From Alphaproteobacteria bacterium (GTDB lineage: Bacteria > Pseudomonadota > Alphaproteobacteria > GM7ARS4 > G965262615), in contig OZ253545.1 in the NCBI GenBank assembly GCA_965262615.1, positions 352,001 to 416,000 on the forward strand: a stretch of DNA of 64,000 bases, written 5' to 3'. Shown here piece after piece: positions 1 through 8,589 of the stretch. Positions within the stretch are counted from its first letter, which is position 1; each line of letters begins with the position of its first letter. Under the pieces are notes generated by a model that had not been told where the DNA came from, did no database searches, and was given only the letters and a program-made list of their open reading frames with translations. Both the position numbers and the translations under genes were made by a program.

Positions 1-411
1 CGGCTGCGAATTGTCAATCGCACCCAGACACGCGCGGCATCTTTGGGTGCTTTTTGGAATGAAGGAGACGAGGCGCGCTCATGGTCGTTTTATTCTTACG
101 CTGAGGTGAATGAAGCTCTCAAAAATGCGTTTTTGGTGGTGAATGCCACCTCTTTGGGAATGACGGGAGCGCAATCATTGCCGATTTCCCTTGCGGAGGT
201 GTCATTGGCTGCCCATGCCATTGTTTTTGACAGTGTTTACACGCCGCGCCAGACACCATTATTGCAAGAGGCGCGATCATTGGGCTATCACGGCGTGGGA
301 GGCTTGGGAATGTTGATTCATCAGGCGCGCTTGTCTTTTGCTCATTGGTTTGATGTGATGCCTGCCTGTGATGGAAATCTTCGCCAATTGCTTGGTGCGA
401 CAAAAATATGA
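1..411 (+). CDS. aroE: Shikimate dehydrogenase, C-terminal part (5' end outside window)
   Basis: Motifs LRIVNRT, VVNATSLGM, DSVYTP..TPLL and GLGMLIHQA; aroE-coaE-dnaQ synteny. Confidence 0.9.
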   Translation, partial: RLRIVNRTQTRAASLGAFWNEGDEARSWSFYSYAEVNEALKNAFLVVNATSLGMTGAQSLPISLAEVSLAAHAIVFDSVYTPRQTPLLQEARSLGYHGVGGLGMLIHQARLSFAHWFDVMPACDGNLRQLLGATKI

Positions 412-457
412 TGCCAAAAGGGTGGTGTTATCCATCATGTGGCTATATATTGTAAGG

Positions 458-1075
458 ATGATAAAGATGAAATTAATCGGTTTAATCGGAGGCATGGCGG
501 CTGGTAAATCGACGGCGGCTCGTTTGTTGCGTGAGCATTATGAGAATATTGGACTATATGATGCCGACCGTCATGTTCATGAATTGATGGCGGCGGGGGG
601 GGAATTGGTGCATCCCATTGTTCAATGGGTGAAGAAGGTGATGCCACAGGCAGAGGAGTCCATTCTTGATGACAAGGGAGGCATTGATCGCGCCGTGTTG
701 CGGCATTGGGTCACACAGAAAAATCAATTGAAGGGGTTGGAGAAAATCGTTCATCCTTGCCTTAATGAAAAAAGAAATAATTTTCTTGGCGATATGGAGC
801 GCGCGGGCAAGCGGATGGTGGTTTTGGATATTCCGTTGTTGTGTGAGAGTGGTCTTGTGAGTCGTTGCAATCGGGTGATTTATGTGAATACGCCTTATGA
901 GGTGCGTCATGAACGCTTGCGCCTTCGTGGCTTGCGGGAACAGGAGATTGATGTTTTAGAGGCGCATCAATGGAACGAAGATAAAAAACGCGCCATCGCT
1001 CATGATGTGGTGCGAGGGTTTGACACCATCGAGGATATGAGGCGTGATTTAAGCGGTGTTATGCAGCAACTGTGA
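458..1075 (+). CDS. coaE: Dephospho-CoA kinase
   Basis: GLIGGMAAGKST P-loop, DAD, IDR, LEKIVHP and DIPLL.E motifs; start placed at ATG 458. Confidence 0.92.
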   Translation: MIKMKLIGLIGGMAAGKSTAARLLREHYENIGLYDADRHVHELMAAGGELVHPIVQWVKKVMPQAEESILDDKGGIDRAVLRHWVTQKNQLKGLEKIVHPCLNEKRNNFLGDMERAGKRMVVLDIPLLCESGLVSRCNRVIYVNTPYEVRHERLRLRGLREQEIDVLEAHQWNEDKKRAIAHDVVRGFDTIEDMRRDLSGVMQQL

Positions 1076-1785
1076 TGGCACACGATATCATCACTGTGGA
1101 TACCGAGACCACGGGGCTGAAGTGGGAGGAAGGGCATCGTGTGATTGAAATCGGCTGTGTGTGCTTGTTGTCGGATGGGTCGCTGGGGAGACGATGGCAA
1201 TGTTATCTCAATCCCGAGCGTTCCATTCCCGATGATTCCTACCGCATTCATGGTTTGAGTGAGGATGATTTGCGAGACAAGCCGTTTTTTGCCGATATTG
1301 CGGATGATTTTTTGTCTTTTATCGGTGATGCGCGTTTGGTGATGCATAATGCTTCGTTTGATTTGGGGTTTTTGAATCATGAGCTGAGGATGATTGGCAA
1401 GGATTTATTGCAGTGGGATCGGGTTGTGGATAGTTTGAAAAAGGCTCGGGTGCGTTATCCGGGCGAGCGGGCGACACTGGATGCCTTGTGTCGGCGATTT
1501 AATATATCAATTCAGCATCGCTCTGTGCATGGGGCTTTGAAGGATGCCGAATTGCTGGCGCGGGTGTATGCTCACATGGAGGGCTATGGTTCTGTGTCAC
1601 TGGGGTTAGATTTTGGTGAAGAGGGTCAAAAAGCTTCGCAATCTTCTTCGGTAGCATCGGTTGATGAGACTTCAAAAGGCTCTTTGCCGATTCGTGAGCT
1701 GTCGGATGGTCAATTGGAAGAGCACGAGAAGATGGTTGAGTGCATGGCTCAATTGAGCAAGGGAGAGATTGTGTGGAAAAGTTAG
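1075..1785 (+). CDS. dnaQ: DNA polymerase III epsilon subunit
   Basis: DEDDh exonuclease motifs DTETTG, HNASFD and HGALKDA. Confidence 0.95.
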   Translation: MAHDIITVDTETTGLKWEEGHRVIEIGCVCLLSDGSLGRRWQCYLNPERSIPDDSYRIHGLSEDDLRDKPFFADIADDFLSFIGDARLVMHNASFDLGFLNHELRMIGKDLLQWDRVVDSLKKARVRYPGERATLDALCRRFNISIQHRSVHGALKDAELLARVYAHMEGYGSVSLGLDFGEEGQKASQSSSVASVDETSKGSLPIRELSDGQLEEHEKMVECMAQLSKGEIVWKS

Positions 1786-2255
1786 TGTCATTGGTGATGG
1801 GCAGTCGCTCCGATTGGCGGGTGATGGAAGTGGCATCATCGGTTTTGGTGCGGCTGGAGGTTCCGTTTGAATCTCGTGTGGTGTCGGCGCATCGGACACC
1901 TCATCGTTTGGTGTCCTATGGTGAGGAGGCTCGCGCTCGTGGCATTCAGGTGATTATTGCGGCGGCGGGGGGTGCGGCGCATCTGGCGGGCATGATGGCG
2001 GCACTGACGCCTCTGCCAGTGCTGGGTGTGCCCATCAAGACGGATTTTTGTGACGGCATGGATAGTTTGCTCTCTATGGTGCAAATGCCCAAAGGAATTC
2101 CTGTGGGCACTTTGGCGGTGGGTGAATGGGGCGCGTATAATGCAGCATTGCTCGCGGTGGCAATTTTGTCATTGCAGGATGAACAGCTGGCAAAGAGGTA
2201 TGATGAGTGGCGCGCGCAACAAACAAACGATGCTCCATTATTGCCTCATGAGTGA
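1773..2255 (+). CDS. purE: N5-CAIR mutase
   Basis: VMGSRSD, VVSAHRTP and AAHLAGM motifs; GTG start after GGGAGAG. Confidence 0.95.
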   Translation: MEKLVSLVMGSRSDWRVMEVASSVLVRLEVPFESRVVSAHRTPHRLVSYGEEARARGIQVIIAAAGGAAHLAGMMAALTPLPVLGVPIKTDFCDGMDSLLSMVQMPKGIPVGTLAVGEWGAYNAALLAVAILSLQDEQLAKRYDEWRAQQTNDAPLLPHE

Positions 2256-2261
2256 TGTGTC

Positions 2262-3311
2262 ATGAAAGGTGGTGTGCTGGGCATTGTGGGCGGCGGACAG
2301 CTGGGCATGATGACCGCCCACGCCGCCAAAAATTTAGGTGTGAAACCAGTTGTTTTTTCCACAGAAAAAAACGCCCCCGCCGCACAACACGCTGAAGTCA
2401 CCTATGGTGATGAGTTTGCGAAACTACAACAATGGGCGCGCCAGTGCGATTCTATCACCTTTGAATTTGAACACATTGAAACGCCCATACTGGATGTGCT
2501 GGATGAGTGCGATGTTCCTTTGCGCCCCGGTGTGAATGCCATCAAGATGGCGCAAAATCGCATCAGTGAGAAGGAATTTTTGCAAAGCTGTGATATTCCC
2601 ATTGCGTCTTGGTGTTCTTTGGCAGATGAATCATCCATTCCAGACTTTCCGCTGATTGTAAAAACAGCAAATTGGGGGTATGACGGCTTGGGGCAAATGA
2701 TTGTGCAAAAAGCCGAGCAATGGCAACAGGTGCATGACACAATGAAGCCACCACTGGTTGTGGAACAGAAAATTGATTTCAAGGCTGAGTGTTCCATGAT
2801 TGGCGCGCGCGGCATCACGAGTGACATGGTTTTTTATCCCTTGACGCACAACTTTCATGATAAAGGCATATTAACAAGAAGTATTGTGCCCATGGAGGCA
2901 TCGTTATCTTTGACACGCCAAGCCGAAGGTATTGTGGGTCGCATGATGGAGGCTTTAAATTTGGTTGGTATTCTTGCCGTTGAATTTTTTCTGCTGGATG
3001 ATGACACATTGCTGGTGAATGAATGTGCGCCGCGCCCTCATAATTCTGGTCACTGGACGCTGGATGGTGCGATGCCTGATCAATTCACGCAGCTGGTGCG
3101 GGTGGCAATGGGTGAGTCGCCAGAACCCGTTCGGCAAACGGCGGCGGTGGAAATGGTTAATATTTTGGGCAAGGAGACCGTGCCGCCGCCGCAATCGGAC
3201 AAAATCAAAAATACAAAAACTTATTTTTACGGCAAGGAAGTTTTAGTCTCTCGTCCGCGGCGCAAATTGGGTCATGTTAATTATGTTGTTGAGGCATCCG
3301 CCCAGCCATAG
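2262..3311 (+). CDS. purK: N5-CAIR synthetase
   Basis: GGGQLG, GYDGLGQ and NECAPRPHNSGH motifs; follows purE. Confidence 0.95.
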   Translation: MKGGVLGIVGGGQLGMMTAHAAKNLGVKPVVFSTEKNAPAAQHAEVTYGDEFAKLQQWARQCDSITFEFEHIETPILDVLDECDVPLRPGVNAIKMAQNRISEKEFLQSCDIPIASWCSLADESSIPDFPLIVKTANWGYDGLGQMIVQKAEQWQQVHDTMKPPLVVEQKIDFKAECSMIGARGITSDMVFYPLTHNFHDKGILTRSIVPMEASLSLTRQAEGIVGRMMEALNLVGILAVEFFLLDDDTLLVNECAPRPHNSGHWTLDGAMPDQFTQLVRVAMGESPEPVRQTAAVEMVNILGKETVPPPQSDKIKNTKTYFYGKEVLVSRPRRKLGHVNYVVEASAQP

Positions 3312-3324
3312 CACAAAGGAAGTG

Positions 3325-3903
3325 TTATCTTCGCGTTCGCGGCGCAAGCTTGGTCATGTCAATTATTTTTCCAAGATTTCCGCCCAGCCATAACACATTG
3401 GCAATGCGTCTTTGCACAAATGGGCGAATGTCGTGGTTTTCGTTGTTTTTTGCCAGCAGTGCTAGTTCGGACGACAGAATGACACCCATCAAAAGACTGC
3501 GTTTGCTGTAAAAATTGCCATCCAAAGATTTGTCCCCCGCCGCTTTCCACATGGCGTGGCTGCTGTGATACAGCAGCCGATTGGCAAGCGGCAGACGATG
3601 AGGAATGCTGAGCCAGCTGCGGGTTTTACGCAACAAGGCAATCCCCCCCCACTGAGTTTGGTGCTGCAGATAGGCACAGACACCCTCTTCAATCAGCTGA
3701 CGGGTTGCCATTTTGTCGTGATTGATTTTTTTTATGTGGCTTGCGGCATGGGCATCGGCATCGTGCGATAAAAAAACAATGGCGGAGCGCGCGCCATTTC
3801 TGAAAAGAGACTGAGACGGCAGCTGAGCAAAATAATCCCACCCGTGCTCAATGATGAGAGGAATATGCTGTTTGAGAAATTGAACACGCTCTGTGTGCAT
3901 CAT
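3325..3903 (-). CDS. COQ9-family (rpsU-divergently-transcribed) protein
   Basis: W..AGD.S.D.NFYSKR motif; divergent from rpsU. Confidence 0.75.
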   Translation of the reverse strand: MMHTERVQFLKQHIPLIIEHGWDYFAQLPSQSLFRNGARSAIVFLSHDADAHAASHIKKINHDKMATRQLIEEGVCAYLQHQTQWGGIALLRKTRSWLSIPHRLPLANRLLYHSSHAMWKAAGDKSLDGNFYSKRSLLMGVILSSELALLAKNNENHDIRPFVQRRIANVLWLGGNLGKIIDMTKLAPRTRR

Positions 3904-4412
3904 TCGTGCTCCATGAGTTCTTTGATGTGTTGCTCCACTTCGTATTCAAATCCAAAGAAGGGGTCTTTGGTGTGATGATGAAACAAAATGCCGTCTAGGT
4001 GGTCGCACTCATGCTGGATGATTCTGGCTTCTAAGTGGGCGGCATCAAAGGTGATGGGTTCATTGGTCAAAGAGAGGGCTTGGCACTGAATGTGTTGATA
4101 GCGCGCGACGATGCCTTTGAGCCCCGGCATGGAGAGGCATCCTTCGGAAGCCGCGGCGGTGTCATCACTGGTGGGTTTCCACTGGGGATTGATGAGAATG
4201 CGCGCGGGTATTTCATGATTGATTTGATAGACAACCAAACGCACACTCATCCCCACCTGCGGTGCGGCAAGACCAACGCCTTGAGCGTGGCGCATGGTGG
4301 CAATCATATTGCTTGCCAATTGTCGCCATTTGGGGCTGGTGGGCTTGGTGATGGGGTCGGCTTTTTGTGCCAGCACGGGATGTCCCATGCGCACAATGGG
4401 CAGAATGGTCAT
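3900..4412 (-). CDS. def: Peptide deformylase
   Basis: GVGLAAPQ, EGCLS and QHECDHLDG motifs. Confidence 0.95.
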   Translation of the reverse strand: MTILPIVRMGHPVLAQKADPITKPTSPKWRQLASNMIATMRHAQGVGLAAPQVGMSVRLVVYQINHEIPARILINPQWKPTSDDTAAASEGCLSMPGLKGIVARYQHIQCQALSLTNEPITFDAAHLEARIIQHECDHLDGILFHHHTKDPFFGFEYEVEQHIKELMEHE

Positions 4413-4423
4413 CAGCCGAGTCC

Positions 4424-4452
4424 TTGACAAGGGCGAGACAAGTCTCTACAAA
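4424..4452 (+). promoter_or_regulatory. Putative sigma70 promoter of rpsU
   Basis: TTGACA-17 nt-TACAAA, about 30 nt upstream of rpsU. Confidence 0.45.
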
Positions 4453-4483
4453 GCGTCTTTCTCGTAATCAACAGAGGTGAGTC

Positions 4484-4687
4484 GTGGAAATCAATGTTCG
4501 TAACAACAATGTGGATCAAGCCCTGCGCATTTTGAAAAAATTGATGCAGCGTGAGGGCATTTTTCGCGAAATGAAGCGTCGGCGTTCTTACGAGAAGCCA
4601 TCGGAGAAGCGGGCGCGCCGCAAAGCGGAGATGATTCGCCGTCATCGCAAGTTCATTCGCAAGCGTTTTGAAATAGAAGGTTTTTAG
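4484..4687 (+). CDS. rpsU: 30S ribosomal protein S21
   Basis: [16 protein letters not shown] and YEKPSEKR. Confidence 0.96.
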   Translation: MEINVRNNNVDQALRILKKLMQREGIFREMKRRRSYEKPSEKRARRKAEMIRRHRKFIRKRFEIEGF

Positions 4688-4728
4688 CTTTTGTGGCTGG
4701 GGCATTCGTGTGCGGGATGGTTCGTCCG

Positions 4729-4800
4729 TGCCGTCGGTGAGGATTGAACTCACGGCCTCACCCTTACCAAGGGTGCGCTCTACCACTGAGCTACGACGGC
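4729..4800 (-). tRNA. tRNA-Thr(GGT), CCA not encoded
   Basis: GCCGTCGTAGCTCAGTGGTAGAGC-CACCC TTGGTAA GGGTG-...GTTCAATC...CGACGGCA folds as a cloverleaf. Confidence 0.95.
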
Positions 4801-4849
4801 GTTCCTCTTTCATAGCCCGCCACGCCCTTCGTGACAAGTTGTTGCGAGG

Positions 4850-5698
4850 TCAGACTTTGGGCTGGTCAAGCTGATTTTGGCTCATTTGCCGCTCGTCATC
4901 AGGTCGCCATTCTTTTTCAAAGACCATGCCTTCGCTATCGGTGACACGCACGGTGACGGGATCATTGCCACTGATGTCATAATAGCGGAATGTGAAGGCG
5001 GGATTTTCACTCATGGAGATGCCGCTTTCCACCTTCAGCAAGACGCGAGTCCCACTGCGCACTTCCACAGAATCCACAAAGTGAGAGGGAATCTCCCGCA
5101 TGGTGACCTGATTGAACTGCAAGCCCGAATAGTTGGGATGACTGATGAGCAATTGAGCCGTGCGCATGCCGTCTTGATTGAGTTCTTTGAATTTGAACTT
5201 CATCTGTCCCATGCGTTCTTTGGCAAGAGCCATATCGGCAAGAGCGGGGGCTGAGCATCCTCCTGCGGCTTTGACAAAGCGCGCCACCGTGTAGAGATTG
5301 CCCTCATTGTCTTCGGCAATGGCACGCACATGGGTGTAGCGGTCAATGCGAATACGGGTATCCAGGCTGGCATTGCCATTGGTGGGCGACATATTGATGA
5401 CGGCTGCCAGAGGCGAGGGGTTTTCATCAATGACAATCATCAAATTTTTGATGTAGGTATCGTCATTTTGTTCTCTGTTGACATTCACCGAAATGGGCAC
5501 GATGGCGGCATCCATGGCGCGATAGGGAGCGTCCAGTTCTAACCAGTCACTGCCATCATGAAGGGTGCGCTCATCAAAGAGCTGATCCTTGAGGTCAAGC
5601 CACAGCTCCTCGGATTGTTCCTGAGCGGCATGAACGGGGACAGACAACGCCAGCACGGTCACGGTGCAGCAAGCAATTAAAAGACGAAAATAGGTCAT
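4850..5698 (-). CDS. Fused SoxYZ-like carrier (quinoprotein dehydrogenase-associated type), secreted
   Basis: Signal peptide; APYRAMDAAIVP, IDENPSP, KAAGGCSAP and HPNYSGLQ motifs. Confidence 0.85.
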   Translation of the reverse strand: MTYFRLLIACCTVTVLALSVPVHAAQEQSEELWLDLKDQLFDERTLHDGSDWLELDAPYRAMDAAIVPISVNVNREQNDDTYIKNLMIVIDENPSPLAAVINMSPTNGNASLDTRIRIDRYTHVRAIAEDNEGNLYTVARFVKAAGGCSAPALADMALAKERMGQMKFKFKELNQDGMRTAQLLISHPNYSGLQFNQVTMREIPSHFVDSVEVRSGTRVLLKVESGISMSENPAFTFRYYDISGNDPVTVRVTDSEGMVFEKEWRPDDERQMSQNQLDQPKV

Positions 5699-5735
5699 GG
5701 TTCATCTCCTTTTGGGGTTCGGCGGGTTTATTTCC

Positions 5736-5763
5736 CACACATCAATTGTATAATTGATGTGTG
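5736..5763. promoter_or_regulatory. Perfect 12-bp inverted repeat (operator or hairpin)
   Basis: CACACATCAATT-GTAT-AATTGATGTGTG, about 40 bp upstream of the SoxYZ-like start. Confidence 0.5.
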
Positions 5764-5782
5764 TTATGCTTCATGTCAAGCC

Positions 5783-6775
5783 CTATGCCCACTCTAATTC
5801 TCTGAAGGCATTGATGGCGTTGCGTCCGTTGTAGAGGTCAAAAAGCAGCCATTGATCTTTTTGTGTGCTGGCGGCGGTCTCGGCGGCTTGCTGAATGTCG
5901 CCTCCCTCATTGAGGATGCGTTTGATGTCACTCTCCAACACGCTGAAATAGCCGTCCAAGCGATCGATGAGTTCATCGGAATCCGTTCGGGTGGTGGCAT
6001 TTCCATGTCCTGGAATGATCATGGCGTGTTGACGCTGTTTGATTTCTTGCAGCACGCGCCGCCATCCCAGCAAAGAGCCTGCCAAAATGGGAATACGCTC
6101 ATCAAACAATAAATCACTGGCGATGAAGCTATCGGTTTTTTCATCAAGGACGGTGACATCGTTATTGGTATGAGCGGTGGGCCAAGCCTCCAGACGCACG
6201 GTGCGTCCGCCCAAATCAAGAGAGACAGGCTGAGCTTCGGTGATGATGCGGGTCGGTCGCACCAGCTGTGCCCCTTTGGCGGCATCACCAATCTCATTGC
6301 TCAGACCTTCCAAATAGTAAGGACCAATATGTTCCATCTGTGCGGTGTAATTGGCGTGAGCCCACACAGTGATGTCCTTGTTATGATGAGTGAAGACAGA
6401 CGCGCCAAAAATATGGTCTGGATGCAGATGAGTCAAAATAAGATGTTTGATGGGTTTGTCGGTGGTGTCATGAATGGCTTGCAGCAATTGTTCTCCCAAT
6501 GCCACTGAGTGACCTGAATCAACGACAGCCACTTCATTGTCACCCACAATAAATCCGAACACCGACATATCGCCGCCATTTTCGGGGCTGGGTGCTTGTT
6601 GTAATCCCACATGGGTATGGATGCCATCATTGACTTGTTGCACGAAAGAATTGTTGTCCATGGTTGTGTTTCTCCTCTGTTGTGCCGTTGCCGCCTGCGG
6701 AAGAAGCCATTTTTGCAAAAAAGGCATAGCCATCACAAAAGATGATATCCAATAAAGAAAGCCGCGACGATGCAT
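5783..6775 (-). CDS. MBL-fold zinc metallohydrolase (quinoprotein relay / SoxH-like), Tat-exported
   Basis: HRRGFL twin-Arg signal; THLHPDH, AHTNND and IPGHG motifs; ends FRELEW. Confidence 0.85.
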   Translation of the reverse strand: MHRRGFLYWISSFVMAMPFLQKWLLPQAATAQQRRNTTMDNNSFVQQVNDGIHTHVGLQQAPSPENGGDMSVFGFIVGDNEVAVVDSGHSVALGEQLLQAIHDTTDKPIKHLILTHLHPDHIFGASVFTHHNKDITVWAHANYTAQMEHIGPYYLEGLSNEIGDAAKGAQLVRPTRIITEAQPVSLDLGGRTVRLEAWPTAHTNNDVTVLDEKTDSFIASDLLFDERIPILAGSLLGWRRVLQEIKQRQHAMIIPGHGNATTRTDSDELIDRLDGYFSVLESDIKRILNEGGDIQQAAETAASTQKDQWLLFDLYNGRNAINAFRELEWA

Positions 6776-6854
6776 GATCAAACTCCTGCCCGTGAGTATA
6801 GTACATTTTTGCCATCTTGACACCCCTCATATCGTCATATCATAACTCATTGTC

Positions 6855-7907
6855 ATGACGGGAAATTCTGCCATACAGCCTTTGACGCACAATAAGCGGG
6901 TGGTGGTTTTTGGCGGCAGTGGCTTCATCGGACGCGCCATTGTGCGTCAGCTTTTGGATTTGAATTATGGCGTGCGGGTGATGTCTCGTGATGTGACTCG
7001 CGTGACGCGCCATGCGATGGAAGGTCAGGTGGGACAATTGGCGTATGTTGCGGGGGATATCACCCGCGACGAGGATGTCGCACGCGCCATGGCGGGAATG
7101 GACATGGTGGTCAATTGCGTGGGGATTCTTAATGAACCTTGGTGGACGCGCGTGAAGGCTGAGGGCAGTCAGTTTGAGGCGATTCATCATCAGGCGGCGG
7201 CGCGTATTGCGCGCGAGGCGGCGGCACAATCGGTGCAATCATTGGTGCATGTGTCGGCATTGGGGGCGGCGGTGAATTCTCCATCTCACTATGGGGCATC
7301 CAAAGCGCGTGGGGAGAGGGCGGTGTTGCGTTCTTTTGAGGGCGCGGTGATTGTGCGTCCATCGGTGGTGTTTGGAACGGGGGATGGATTCATCAATCTG
7401 TTTGCTCGCATGGCTCGTTGGATGATGATTGTGCCGGTTTTTGGCGAATCGCTGTCGGCTTTGTGGCGGGCGGATGCGCGCGGCGGTGCATCAATGCAGC
7501 CGATTTTTGTGGAGGATCTCGCCACAGGCATTGTGCAATTGCTGCATGATGAAAAGCGGCGCGGCTCAATCATTGAGGCGGTGGGGGTGGATGTGTGTGA
7601 CATGCGCACCATCATGCAGTGGATTGTGACAACCCTGGGTGTCAGGCGGTGGTTGATGCCGTGTCCTCATTGGGTGCTATGGGTGATGGGACGGGTGGGC
7701 TCATATGTGCCGTTCTCGCCGTTCACAAAGGAGCAGGCACTGATGCTCAGACACGATGCCGTTGCCACAAATCACTATGAATCCCTTCAGGAGTGTGGTG
7801 TTCAGCTTCATCAGGCGGAAGAATTGATGCGTCAACAGCTGCGAAATCGGTTTATGGCTTACAAAAAAACTAAGGGAACTACATACAATGTTACACATGA
7901 TGAATAA
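6855..7907 (+). CDS. Complex I NDUFA9-family NAD(P)-binding protein
   Basis: VFGGSGFIG, VVNCVGIL, HVSALGA, YGASK and IVRPSVVFG motifs. Confidence 0.85.
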   Translation: MTGNSAIQPLTHNKRVVVFGGSGFIGRAIVRQLLDLNYGVRVMSRDVTRVTRHAMEGQVGQLAYVAGDITRDEDVARAMAGMDMVVNCVGILNEPWWTRVKAEGSQFEAIHHQAAARIAREAAAQSVQSLVHVSALGAAVNSPSHYGASKARGERAVLRSFEGAVIVRPSVVFGTGDGFINLFARMARWMMIVPVFGESLSALWRADARGGASMQPIFVEDLATGIVQLLHDEKRRGSIIEAVGVDVCDMRTIMQWIVTTLGVRRWLMPCPHWVLWVMGRVGSYVPFSPFTKEQALMLRHDAVATNHYESLQECGVQLHQAEELMRQQLRNRFMAYKKTKGTTYNVTHDE

Positions 7908-8075
7908 TCATTCGCCCACATTGCCATCGCCGTCTTTTTCATATTGCCACCCGCCCCGTTTCTTTGGCTTTGTCCTCACAACAATAGCCGCAACTTTGGC
8001 GGGGGTGGCTTCATTGCACAAGGGCGGTATCACCCGTTCGGGTGGTCTGCCCATTTCCTTTTTGTCATTGGTCAT
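7908..8075 (-). CDS. 55-aa basic protein resembling small IS1595-associated ORFs
   Basis: Hand-translated MTNDKKEMGRPPERVIPP..TPAKVAAIVVRTKPKKRGGWQY; AGGAG RBS; not in the ORF track. Confidence 0.5.
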   Translation of the reverse strand: MTNDKKEMGRPPERVIPPLCNEATPAKVAAIVVRTKPKKRGGWQYEKDGDGNVGE

Positions 8076-8087
8076 CGTGTAATACTC

Positions 8088-8378
8088 CTATGGCAGTTTT
8101 TTCGGGTCTTTTACCACCCTGCGAATTCTACGGTCTTTGATCATCTTGCGTCTTTTCGCAATCCCCTCTTTCAAGGGGAAGTCAAGGCATAGCCCACATG
8201 ATTGAGCATGAGCCATCGTAGCCAAGAAACTATGCGTGTATGGCGGCGGCTCACCATCTATCAAGATGATGTCCGCATTTTTACCCTTACACAAAATCCG
8301 CCTTTTTAATGCTATCATGTCGGGCGGGTCATTCGGTCTTATAGGGGATTGTTTAGGTGTCCATTCATAGAGGCTCAT
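8088..8378 (-). CDS. Hypothetical protein (possible IS passenger)
   Basis: 96-aa ORF with ATG, co-oriented with the transposase remnant. Confidence 0.4.
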   Translation of the reverse strand: MSLYEWTPKQSPIRPNDPPDMIALKRRILCKGKNADIILIDGEPPPYTHSFLATMAHAQSCGLCLDFPLKEGIAKRRKMIKDRRIRRVVKDPKKLP

Positions 8379-8415
8379 AATTACGCCCTGCCCTTTTTGT
8401 GTTCTTTGTCGGTCA

Positions 8416-8589
8416 TCATGCCACCAAGTCTTTGTAGCGTAACCTTTTACCTTTCATATCGCTAGCCACCGATTCCATCTGTGTGATGGTGTCTTGCTTG
8501 CGGGTGTTATGCCGTCCAGCAAATTCATTGACATAGCGGGCAAGATGCTTACGGCTCATGCTATGATGCGTTCCATAGTATCCCCAAAA
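8416..8589 (-). pseudogene. IS1595-family transposase C-terminal remnant
   Basis: Hand-translated GYYGTHHSMSRKHLARYVNEFAGRHNTRKQDTITQM...GKRLRYKDLVA*, matching the G.YH..S.KHL.RY..EF..R.N signature. Confidence 0.8.
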
